Source: Desulfamplus sp.
GTDB lineage: Bacteria > Desulfobacterota > Desulfobacteria > Desulfobacterales > Desulfobacteraceae
Assembly: GCA_015231465.1 (NCBI GenBank)
Contig: JADGBO010000001.1
Coordinates: 1,552-65,551, forward strand
DNA length: 64,000 bases
Direction: 5' to 3'
Part shown: positions 49,246-57,715 of the stretch, piece after piece
How positions within the stretch are numbered: the stretch's first letter is position 1
Layout: the number at the start of each line of letters is the position of its first letter
Translations under genes and position numbers: made by a program
Notes under the pieces: model-generated
Database searches by the model: none
What the model was told of the DNA's origin: nothing
The model's input: only the letters and a program-made list of their open reading frames with translations

Positions 49246-49959
49246 TCACAACTGAATTACCTTGTCTGCCAGTTGCATTGCCGTGACAATGTCCAGCATG
49301 TTTGTGGTTTCCCCTACTTTTTTGGCATCCATGAGATTAAAATGGGTGAGACAGGTTCCGCACACAAGAATTTTAAGGCCCTGAGCCTCATATTGAAGGA
49401 GATCTTCAAGTACAGGAGAACCCTGAATGGTGAGCTTCACACCATTGTTCACAAACACCAGGTGCCACAGCTCATCACCCATCTCGGCAATTGTCTTGAC
49501 GAAGCTGATCATGAGCTTTTTACCAAGATCGTCGTCTCCAAAGCCCATTCTGTCGGTTGCGGCAAGAACCATGATCTTTTTCGGCTCTGTCCCGTCCCTG
49601 CTAACTTCCCCTCTCCTCTCTCGATGGTCTTGCTCTCTCTCGGCTGATGACCATGACTCAGGGGCAGATCTTCCGGTTCCTTTATCCATATTTTGTTCTG
49701 TTTTTCCCCTGCCATGGGAGGTGGCTGTTGTTACAGGGGTGTCCATGGATGGCTTTGCAATGATCCTGAAATCTCCATCTTCTGTGACCACATCAACCCC
49801 AAAGGATCGGGATGCAAAGAAACGGGAGACATTTTCCATGGAAGCCTGGTTATCCACAACCATGGTGATGCTTTTTAAAGGAGCATCGTCCACAGCTTTT
49901 TTGGCCATTAAAACCGGTGCAGGGCAGGCCAGCCCACGGGCATCAATTGTTTTTGGCAT
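49246..49959 (-). CDS. yedF: Selenium metabolism protein YedF (TusA + DsrE domains)
   Basis: IDARGLACPAPV, MGFGDDDLG, NNGVKL, CGTCL, TNM; directly downstream of selD. Confidence 0.9.
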   Translation of the reverse strand: MPKTIDARGLACPAPVLMAKKAVDDAPLKSITMVVDNQASMENVSRFFASRSFGVDVVTEDGDFRIIAKPSMDTPVTTATSHGRGKTEQNMDKGTGRSAPESWSSAEREQDHRERRGEVSRDGTEPKKIMVLAATDRMGFGDDDLGKKLMISFVKTIAEMGDELWHLVFVNNGVKLTIQGSPVLEDLLQYEAQGLKILVCGTCLTHFNLMDAKKVGETTNMLDIVTAMQLADKVIQL

Positions 49960-49994
49960 ATATTTATTTTCCTTATATTTTTAACATTTTTTTT

Positions 49995-50168
49995 TATATG
50001 AAAGTCTACCTCACCCCCTGGCCCCCTCTCCATGACTGGATATGGAGAATAATGAGGACTTTCATGCTTCGTTGTACCCGAGAAGGCATGGAGGTTATAT
50101 GATAGTCCCCGCCATTGGGGGATTTTCATCTTTTCGATTGAGACGGTAATGCCGCCATGGCTGTTATA
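49995..50168 (+). repeat. Two tandem family B units
   Basis: Different cargos in the two units; the final GTTATA overlaps the selD stop codon. Confidence 0.85.
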
Positions 50169-51279
50169 TAACAATAATTTTACCATGATCATACCCATGA
50201 ACGATTCCAATAACCGACGCATGTTCCACACCCCAATCCTTTAATCTCTTCACCAAAGCTTCAACGTCTATTTCGGGGCACCCCATTAGCAGGCCACCGG
50301 AAGTCTGGGGATCAAACAGAATATCCCGCATCACCGGAGAAACCCCTTGACCCATTGTTACCATCCTTTTTCTGAACTCCCTATTGTTGTGGGCACCTGC
50401 CGGAACAAAACCCATGGAGGCAAACTCCACAGCCTCGGGTAGAATTGGAACCAGTGAAGAGTCCACAGTGACCCCGATACCGGTACCATGTACCATCTCG
50501 GCCAGATGGCCCAGAAGTCCAAATCCAGTGACATCCGTACAGGCAGAGATGGGAAAACCTGACATTACCAGGGCAGCATCCCTGTTAAGCATGGCCATAA
50601 GCTCCACAGCTCTTTTTATGGTATCGCAGGATGCCAGCCCCGCCTTTACAGCGGTGTTGACTATGCCTGTACCAAGGGGTTTGGTAAGTACCAGACAATC
50701 TCCGGGTTTCAGTCCCTGGTTTGCCACAATTTTCATGGGATGGACAAATCCCGTGACAGACAGGCCGTATTTGAACTCATCGTCCTCAATGCTGTGTCCT
50801 CCGAGAAGAACCGTACCGGATTCCTTTAATTTATCGATGCCACCGGCCAGCACAGCCCTGAGCACTTCCCCACCCAGCTTTTTGATGGGAAAGGCCACAA
50901 GGTTCATGGCTGTTTTGGGCACCCCTCCCATGGCATAGACATCGGAGAGGGCATTGGCAGCAGCTATCTGGCCAAAAGAGAAGGGATCATCCACAATGGG
51001 AGTAAAAAAATCCACTGTTTGAATCAGGGCAATGTCATCATTTACTTTATAGACACCTGCATCATCGGCTGTTCCAATACCTACCAGAACATTGTCATCA
51101 ACTGGAAAGGATAAACCGCAAAGAGCTTTCTCCAGATCCCCCGGAGATAATTTTGATGCTCACCCTGCTCCTTTGACTCCCTGGGTCAGTCCTGGAGCAG
51201 GGCTGTTTTCTTCTGCTATTTCAGATTTATTTTTTTCCGAGTTATGTTTTTCCATATGTTCTATTTTTTTATCAATCAT
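50164..51279 (-). CDS. selD: Selenide, water dikinase, selenocysteine-containing
   Basis: LTQGVKGAG-U-ASKLSP with in-frame TGA at 51160..51162; DDAGVY, TVDFFTP, SDVYAMGG, TDVTGFGLLGH, DPQTSGGLL. Confidence 0.95.
51129..51147 (-). promoter_or_regulatory. Bacterial SECIS hairpin of selD
   Basis: UCUCCGG-GGGAU-CUGGAGA starting 12 nt after the UGA; G-first loop. Confidence 0.75.
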
Positions 51280-51301
51280 ATTCTGTTCTTTTATCAGGAG
51301 G

Positions 51302-51511
51302 TTATATACTTGGCGTAAATGGACAGATCATCTCATCCGCTGCATATTCGTGAGTCTTTCCACACAAGGGGCAGGGGTTCTCAAGGATAATGGTGGCATT
51401 GAGTGATTTTCTGCCCTCTGCATCCGTAAACACCCTTTGACCATCCATAATGGAAAAGTCTTCCGTTGAAAAGGTTTTTCCCGTTTCAGGGCAGGAAAAA
51501 ATAAATTCCAT
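51302..51511 (-). CDS. Small Cys-rich (zinc-ribbon-like) protein
   Basis: CPETG..CPLCGKTH..CPF; co-oriented just upstream of selD. Confidence 0.7.
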   Translation of the reverse strand: MEFIFSCPETGKTFSTEDFSIMDGQRVFTDAEGRKSLNATIILENPCPLCGKTHEYAADEMICPFTPSI

Positions 51512-51726
51512 GCAATTTTTTAGTCACTCCACTGTTTGAAATTTACAATACAATCACATCACTCAAACACTGCCTGTTTCAAACCAGAATGTGTAAGATT
51601 ATTATGATTCTGCCAAGAGACTACTGCATTGTCAAAGCTAAAAATTAGGGTTCGGTTAATTGTAGAGACAAAGCATGCCTTGTCTCTGCGTTGCAGATAA
51701 CCCTAAAATTAAGTATTGACAGTGCA

Positions 51727-51801
51727 CTACTCTATCTCAACCACATAGGGCTCGGCATTGAGGATGAACTCGTCCCCTACCCCACTTCCCTTGGGCGCAC
51801 T
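51727..51801 (-). pseudogene. 3' tail of a paralog of the 52820..53100 gene
   Basis: SAPKGSGVGDEFILNAEPYVVEIE* versus SAPEGTGLGDEFILNAEPYVVEIE*. Confidence 0.75.
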
Positions 51802-51946
51802 TCATGGTTTATCCTTTGGTTACGGGTAACGTTGATGTACAGTCGTTCCCGATTATATAATATTTGCTCAATTGTCAACGGTATTTTTGTCTGAACCGTG
51901 ATTTCCATGATTTAAGGATTTACAGGATGGGTTCACAAAACCCCCC

Positions 51947-52669
51947 TCAGGCGGCCTCACGATGCTTCAGGGCATCCTCCAGTTCCCGGATCTCCTTTTG
52001 GATGGGTGCTGACATCTCCTTGTACTTTGCCCTGTCTATAGTGCCTGAAGCATAAAGGGAGTCGAGCATCTGGAGCTTTTCAAGTTTTCCTTCCAGCTTT
52101 CCTTCCAGCTTTCCTTCCAGCTTGCCTTCCAGCTTGCCTTCATTAATATAATGCTCAGATATGGTTGTTGCGACATAACTCATATTTTCCTCCTTTTTTA
52201 TCTGTTCCAGTCTCCCCCGGGGAATACCGCTGTAGGCATCGATCCACTGGGCAACCAGAAGTTTCCTGTCGTTATCCAGTTCTTCTTTCATATTGGCGAC
52301 ATCTCTGTATATTGCCTTAATAATCTCCTCCCTGTCCAGGCCCCTGTCATCTGCTTTAAGAGCGAGGAGTTTACAAAGCAATGAGTGCTTTTTCATCAAA
52401 TCGGAACTCTTCTCATTTTTCACCTTGATCACGTCAAAATGGCAGTGCTGCTTTCCCTTTCCTTCACTGAAAGCATACCAGAAACTGTCGGGTACCTTCT
52501 TTCTCCATACGGCATCATCCGTGTAGAAGGCAATGCTCCATACCGGTCTCTTTTTTAGAAGCCAGGCGTAACAAAAATATTCAAACAGACGCATGGAAAC
52601 ATCTTCCCTGTCGCTCTTATGCTCTATCTGAATGAAAACTTCGCATAAATCACCCTCTATCTCAACCTC
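51947..52669 (-). pseudogene. 5'-truncated Rpn/YhgA-like (PD-(D/E)xK) protein
   Basis: Frame is open upstream of ATG 52594 (EVEIEGDLCEVFIQIEHKS..MRLFEY) back to a TAA; C-terminal EGKL repeats. Confidence 0.65.
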
Positions 52670-52681
52670 TTAACAAAATAG

Positions 52682-52720
52682 ATCAGCCTCTCCCATAAAA
52701 TAATGGAAGAGGCTGATTTT
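52682..52720. terminator. Intrinsic terminator-like hairpin
   Basis: ATCAGCCTCTCCCAT..ATGGAAGAGGCTGAT with T-rich flanks on both strands. Confidence 0.7.
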
Positions 52721-52819
52721 ATCAAGGGGGTCAAAATTGCTGTTATACAATAATTGCAAACCACCCTTTTTATTTATGCTCCTGGAAAGCGGGCAAACTG
52801 TTGATTTTAAATTATATAC

Positions 52820-53100
52820 CTACTCTATCTCCACCACATAGGGCTCGGCATTGAGGATAAACTCATCCCCAAGCCCGGTGCCCTCGGGTGCGCTTGCCAC
52901 AAAGAACTGCAAGGTGCCCGGCAGGCACTGGAGCTTACCCCTGTAGAAATCCACCACAACGGTGCTGCCCGGCTCCGCCGTGGTGTAAACTGGAAAATCA
53001 CCTTCTGTGTAGGTCACAAAGGGGTTCATGAGATTAGATATCCTGAAAAGCAACAGCGGGAAACCGTTGGGATCGATGTAAACAAGGGCCCCTTGGGTGA
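52820..53100 (-). pseudogene. Gene fragment truncated at a family A element
   Basis: The predicted start MERGE derives from the repeat at 53101..53177. Confidence 0.6.
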
Positions 53101-53177
53101 TCTCCCCCCTCTCCATTCATGGAGAGGGGGTTGGGGGGGTGAGGTAAATGGGTAAGTTATCTAAGGTCGATTCCTTA
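53101..53177 (-). mobile_element. Partial family A element
   Basis: CCCCTCTCC..GGAGAGGGG..GTGAGGTAAATGGGTAAGTTAT..CGATTCCTTA. Confidence 0.8.
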
Positions 53178-53200
53178 GAGCCTGTTTAAAAATAAGGCTC

Positions 53201-54541
53201 TTAATTGTTTTCAAAATAGTTGTTGGTTTCAGCGACAATTACTTTGGTCAGAAGAAGCAGACCGATCAAGTTGGGTATGGCCATTAGGCCGTTGAAGGTA
53301 TCCGAGAGATTCCAGACAAGGTTGAGTTTGGCTATTGCACCAAGACCCACAAATATCACGAAAACAAGTCTGTATGGCAATACGGCCTTGCGTCCGAAAA
53401 GATATTCAATGGATTTCTCTCCATAGTAGCTCCACCCGAGGATTGTGGAATAGGCAAAGAGTATCAGCCCTATGGTTACAATATATGCACCTCCGGGCAG
53501 CCCCATATCAAATGCCGAGGTTGTAAGGGATGCACCGGTCTCTCCGCTGCTCCATGCACCTGTCATTATAAGGACCAGCCCGGTCATGGTACATACCACA
53601 ATTGTGTCGATAAAGGTCTGGGTCATGGAGACCAGTGCCTGGGTTACAGGATGTTTTGTCTGGGCTGCGGCCGCGGCAATGGGTGCACTTCCAAGACCTG
53701 ATTCATTGGAGAATACGCCTCTGGCAACACCCATACGGATACTGAGCATTATGGTGGAGCCCAGAAATCCACCGGTTGCGGCAGTGGGGGCAAAGGCCTG
53801 TTTGACGATAAGAGCAAGAGCTGCCGGCACCTCGGTGATGTTCATTATGATTATCACGAGGGCACCTGCAACGTAAAAGACAATCATTATGGGGACCAGA
53901 ACGCCGGTGACCTTGCCAATGCTTTTGATTCCGCCCAGTATAACAGCCGCTGTCATGGCCATAAGTACCAATCCCGTAACCCAGGCAGGGATGTTGAATG
54001 TTGACTGCACCGCATCCGCCACCGAGTTGGACTGCACCATATTGCCGATACCAAAAGCGGCTATGGAGGCAAACACGGCAAAGGCAACACCGAGCCATTT
54101 CCAGTTCTGGCCAAGTCCGTTGGTGATATAATACATGGGCCCGCCACTCATCTCTCCGGCTTCATCCTTTACCCTGTATTTTACAGCGAGAACCGCTTCG
54201 CCATATTTTGTGGCCATGCCCACAAGTCCCGTGATCCACATCCAGAACAGCGCACCAGGGCCGCCGATTGCTATGGCTGTTGCAACACCGGCAATATTAC
54301 CCGTTCCCACCGTTGCGGAAAGGGCGGTCATCAAAGCCTGGAAATGTGTAATGTCGCCTGGCTCATCTCCATCTTCTTTCCGCTTTATAAGAGCGAGATA
54401 GAGTGAGTGCCAAAGTTTCGTAAATTGCAGCCCCCGCAGTGAAATGGTTAGCCAGAAGCCTGTTCCGACCAACAAGATCAGCATGGGAGGCCCCCATGCA
54501 AAAGCACCGATTTGCGCAACAAGATCTTCAAACGCCTGCAT
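53201..54541 (-). CDS. Alanine/glycine:cation symporter (AGCS) family transporter
   Basis: [49 protein letters not shown]. Confidence 0.95.
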   Translation of the reverse strand: MQAFEDLVAQIGAFAWGPPMLILLVGTGFWLTISLRGLQFTKLWHSLYLALIKRKEDGDEPGDITHFQALMTALSATVGTGNIAGVATAIAIGGPGALFWMWITGLVGMATKYGEAVLAVKYRVKDEAGEMSGGPMYYITNGLGQNWKWLGVAFAVFASIAAFGIGNMVQSNSVADAVQSTFNIPAWVTGLVLMAMTAAVILGGIKSIGKVTGVLVPIMIVFYVAGALVIIIMNITEVPAALALIVKQAFAPTAATGGFLGSTIMLSIRMGVARGVFSNESGLGSAPIAAAAAQTKHPVTQALVSMTQTFIDTIVVCTMTGLVLIMTGAWSSGETGASLTTSAFDMGLPGGAYIVTIGLILFAYSTILGWSYYGEKSIEYLFGRKAVLPYRLVFVIFVGLGAIAKLNLVWNLSDTFNGLMAIPNLIGLLLLTKVIVAETNNYFENN

Positions 54542-54568
54542 ACTTTTTCTCCTATGGTTAAATAAAGA

Positions 54569-54645
54569 TTAAAATTTGAACAATGAAGCCATGTTCATGT
54601 TCATAAATACCTCCTCAAGGAAGCCATGTTCATGCTCATGTTCAT
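54569..54645 (-). other. Two tandem uORFs, MNMSMNMASLRRYL and MNMNMASLFKF
   Basis: Each is preceded by GAGGAGGT-ATTT-ATG; linked by an ATGA overlap. Confidence 0.45.
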
Positions 54646-54663
54646 AAATACCTCCTCAAGGAA

Positions 54664-54693
54664 ACCCCTACGGTCACAAAGTGCCGTAGGGGT
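54664..54693. terminator. Strong hairpin (terminator or REP-like)
   Basis: ACCCCTACGG-TCACAAAGTG-CCGTAGGGGT. Confidence 0.65.
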
Positions 54694-54804
54694 AGTTGAC
54701 GCTCAATTGTCCACATACGCCATTCCAGAAGAGTATCGCCGCCAGGGAATCGGCGAAATCTATATGGAAGCGACGGGATTGCATAAGTTGGATCGATGAA
54801 ATCT

Positions 54805-55608
54805 CTATGGAATTTGTGGGATTTCATAAGTTGGAACGGTCACGTTCCATTTTTTATATATAGCTTCCATGGTTCCGTCCGCAAGAACCTCGTTGTATGT
54901 GTTTTGCCAGCGGTTGACTATATCATCGGAAGTATCTTTATTGAAGGCAATGAAGAGTCCCTTTTCCATAACTTTAAGTACCGGTTCGATCATGTCCATG
55001 GAAATGCCGAGGTTTTTTGCTATTTCAGGTGTCCGGTCAAGGGTGGATGCCCAGACCGAAATACGATCTGCCATGAGTTTTTTAAGGTTGAGGTAATCGA
55101 CCCTTGCACTTTCCACGTTGGTGAACCCCTGGTCCTTAAGAAAAATATCCCAGACATCATCTCTATATGTACCAATACTTTTCAGTGATCTGGCATCATC
55201 AAGGGTTTCCAGTTTGATACCGGATCCCGCCTTTGCATAAAATATCCATACAGAGGCAGATACAGGACCCACCCATTTGAAAAGGGGTCTGCGCTCTTCT
55301 GTAAAGGTGGTGGAAAAAATCGCTGTGTTGGGTTCGGTTATGGCAAAATGATACCCCCTTGCCCAGGGAGCCATGGTAATTGGTGTGGTATCTCCCATTC
55401 TTTTCTGCATTTCAAGAACAAGCTCATAAACATACCCTTTTAGTTTGCCGTCTTTATCAGTGTAGTGGGAGTTGGCAGACTCTTCCGTGTAAAGGGTGAG
55501 ACTTATGTTTGCCGAGCATATTCCGAACAGAGTAAAAAAAATTACAATACCCGTAAAAATAAAAATAATTGAAGCTGCTATTCTGTTCGGGTTACTAATG
55601 TGTCTCAT
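54805..55608 (-). CDS. Family 3 periplasmic substrate-binding protein
   Basis: N-terminal hydrophobic segment, YTEE, PWARG, TEERRPLFKWVGP, IAFNK, DGT...IYKKW. Confidence 0.9.
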   Translation of the reverse strand: MRHISNPNRIAASIIFIFTGIVIFFTLFGICSANISLTLYTEESANSHYTDKDGKLKGYVYELVLEMQKRMGDTTPITMAPWARGYHFAITEPNTAIFSTTFTEERRPLFKWVGPVSASVWIFYAKAGSGIKLETLDDARSLKSIGTYRDDVWDIFLKDQGFTNVESARVDYLNLKKLMADRISVWASTLDRTPEIAKNLGISMDMIEPVLKVMEKGLFIAFNKDTSDDIVNRWQNTYNEVLADGTMEAIYKKWNVTVPTYEIPQIP

Positions 55609-55681
55609 TGGACCCTCCTCAATTTTTTAAAGAATGGATTCCTGATAAAGTGAATTTGTTAAAGAATGGATTCCTGATAAA

Positions 55682-55784
55682 CTCAAGAGTTGTAAGTTCT
55701 CATATCCCACACCATATATTGTGGTGATATATTGCATTACAGTACTATCTGTAGTGGTCAGTGGGAGAACTTATCACTCGCGAG
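55682..55784. mobile_element. Family C element
   Basis: CTCAAGAGTTGTAAGTTCTC / GAGAACTTATCACTCGCGAG. Confidence 0.8.
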
Positions 55785-55817
55785 CTGATAAAGAACTGGA
55801 CATATATTTTTCAGGGT

Positions 55818-55918
55818 TATAGTTTTCCAGACAATGAAATTGGCAACCGTATTGTAGGGGCAGTCCCTTGTGGCTGCCCCTGGGAATGGATTCGCTGAAA
55901 TATTATTCTGGAAGTATA
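55818..55918 (+). mobile_element. Family D shell carrying a GTAG-type REP
   Basis: TATAGTTTTCCAGA..GTAGGGGCAG..CTGCCCCT..TCTGGAAGTATA; inverted copy at 56711..56801. Confidence 0.8.
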
Positions 55919-55963
55919 GATAATGGTGTATTAGGATATCAATTAAGTTTTTGTCAACCCAAA

Positions 55964-56479
55964 TTATCGTATTCCTGATTTAAAAAGGGATAAAATTTTC
56001 TCACATATCATTTCCGGTGTTTTTGATGTGGTATCTATTTGCATAAATTTTTCATAACCCTTTTTCCGGCTCCCAAGAAGCTCCCTGATGCGTCTTGGGG
56101 GATCAGCTACATCAAGGAGAGGACGTTTAATGGTTCTGTCCCTGGATATCCTTTCGATGATCTCCTCCGGAGATGCGGTTAGGCAAAAAATCCAACCGTT
56201 CCTGCCAAGTAAACGGACGTTTTCCGTATCCAGCATCATTTTGCCTCCGGTTGAAATCACAAGGGAAGAACGTTCCGAAAGCTCAACGGCAAGATCGTGT
56301 TCCATGGCTCGGAAAGCATCCTCTCCTTGTGATTCAAATATTTGGGCAACGGTTTGTCCTGCTTTTAACATTATGGCTTCATCCGTGTCCACAAAATCGT
56401 AATTCAATGCATCTGCCGTAAGTTTTCCCGCGGTACTTTTCCCGGTTCCCATGAAACCGGTTAATATTATGTTTTTCAT
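55964..56479 (-). CDS. aroK: Shikimate kinase
   Basis: GFMGTGKST, DTD, GEDAFR..E, STGG, RPLL. Confidence 0.95.
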   Translation of the reverse strand: MKNIILTGFMGTGKSTAGKLTADALNYDFVDTDEAIMLKAGQTVAQIFESQGEDAFRAMEHDLAVELSERSSLVISTGGKMMLDTENVRLLGRNGWIFCLTASPEEIIERISRDRTIKRPLLDVADPPRRIRELLGSRKKGYEKFMQIDTTSKTPEMICEKILSLFKSGIR

Positions 56480-56499
56480 GACTTTTGATATCTTTTATT

Positions 56500-56665
56500 G
56501 GCATCGTTCATATCATGCAGAAAGTAGTTTACACTTTTAGAAAAATTCTGAGCCATGATTAAAGGATTTAAGGATTTAAGGATTAACACCATTAAAAATC
56601 AAGGTAATCCCTTAATCATGAAAATCATGGTTCAAAAAAGTGTAAACCGACAAATTAAAGATGCC
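56500..56665 (-). mobile_element. Family F shell with an internal GATT(T)AAG repeat hairpin cargo
   Basis: Ends GGCATCGTTCATAT / AAGATGCC; cargo TGAGCCATGATT..AATCATGGTTCA, related to 51892..51935. Confidence 0.7.
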
Positions 56666-56710
56666 GACGATTTTATGTAATTATTTCTGGTCAGGTAATT
56701 ATGCTCCTAA

Positions 56711-56801
56711 TAGACTTCCAGAAAAATCTTTGATTCCCAAGGGCAGCCACAGGGGCTGCCCCTACAGTATGATTACCAATTTCATTATCTGGAAAACTAT
56801 A
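56711..56801 (-). mobile_element. Family D element (inverted)
   Basis: Reverse-complement similarity to 55818..55918; abuts the aroQ stop. Confidence 0.8.
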
Positions 56802-57251
56802 TTATGTTGGTTCATCAAGAACAAGGCTCCATGCAGCCCTTAAACCGAGCAGATAACTGTTCATGCCGAATCCTGTAATCTGACCCTTTGCAAGGGGGGC
56901 GACCAGCGATATATGGCGAAACGGTTCCCGGGCATGGACATGGGACATGTGAACCTCCACAATGGGGACAGTGAGTATGGCAAGGGCATCCATTACAGCA
57001 TAGCTGTAGTGGGTCCAGGCACCTGGGTTTATTACAACGGCATCAACCCGGGCTTCATGCAGGGCGTGGATTTTTTCCACCATCTCCCCTTCATGGTTTG
57101 TCTGCCAGCATTCAAGAACAATATTGAGTTCAGCGGCCAGTTCATGCAGCTTTCCGTTGATTTCACTTAAAGTTACACTGCCATACTGTGCAGGGTCACG
57201 TCTGCCGAACATATTGAGATTTACACCGTGGAGAACAACTATTTTTTTCAT
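56802..57251 (-). CDS. aroQ: Type II 3-dehydroquinate dehydratase
   Basis: HGVNLNMFGRRDP..YG, QTNHEG, NPGAWTHYS, EVHMS, REPFRH. Confidence 0.96.
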   Translation of the reverse strand: MKKIVVLHGVNLNMFGRRDPAQYGSVTLSEINGKLHELAAELNIVLECWQTNHEGEMVEKIHALHEARVDAVVINPGAWTHYSYAVMDALAILTVPIVEVHMSHVHAREPFRHISLVAPLAKGQITGFGMNSYLLGLRAAWSLVLDEPT

Positions 57252-57715
57252 AAAATCTGGTGCAGGAAGCCGCTATCCCTTCAGGGTAACGGAGGAATGC
57301 ACTCCTCCTCCTTCTTGTTTGTCGTACAATAATGGAAAGTGTAAGGTTGGGCAATCATTCCTTAATAAAACTTCATAACATTAAAAGTCAACCATATTTC
57401 ACTGAACTGTATCTGTTCTTGATTTTTATCTTGACACTCTCCGTGACTCTAATTAATATCGAACCTGTTTCCCTTCAATGAATGGTGTTTCTGCCCGAGA
57501 GTATCCATTCGTAAGAAACAAGTCCCATCCACCCAAATTGGCGAAAACAGTAACAGCATCTGCGGAAACTGTCCTGGATTTAGACAGTAAAAGCATCTGT
57601 GGAAATTGTCCTGGATTCACATGGGACTGTTTTATCGCTATATATACCTGCAAATTAAATCCGTAAAGGCTGCTTTAAAGGCAATGATTTAAGATGACCG
57701 AGGAGGCTTTGAAAA

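Noticed and set aside
51727-52893. Diversity-generating retroelement TR/VR pair
   Set aside because: Mismatches are not restricted to adenines and many are synonymous; no reverse transcriptase in the window.
54542-54800. Glycine riboswitch before the AGCS transporter
   Set aside because: I could not find the GGAGA..CCGAAG..CTCTCAGG core on the minus strand.
57453-57700. Small Cys ORF or c-di-GMP riboswitch upstream of the MCP
   Set aside because: Only a short duplication (AGCATCTG.GGAAA.TGTCCTGGATT twice, out of frame) is evident; the riboswitch core is not convincing.
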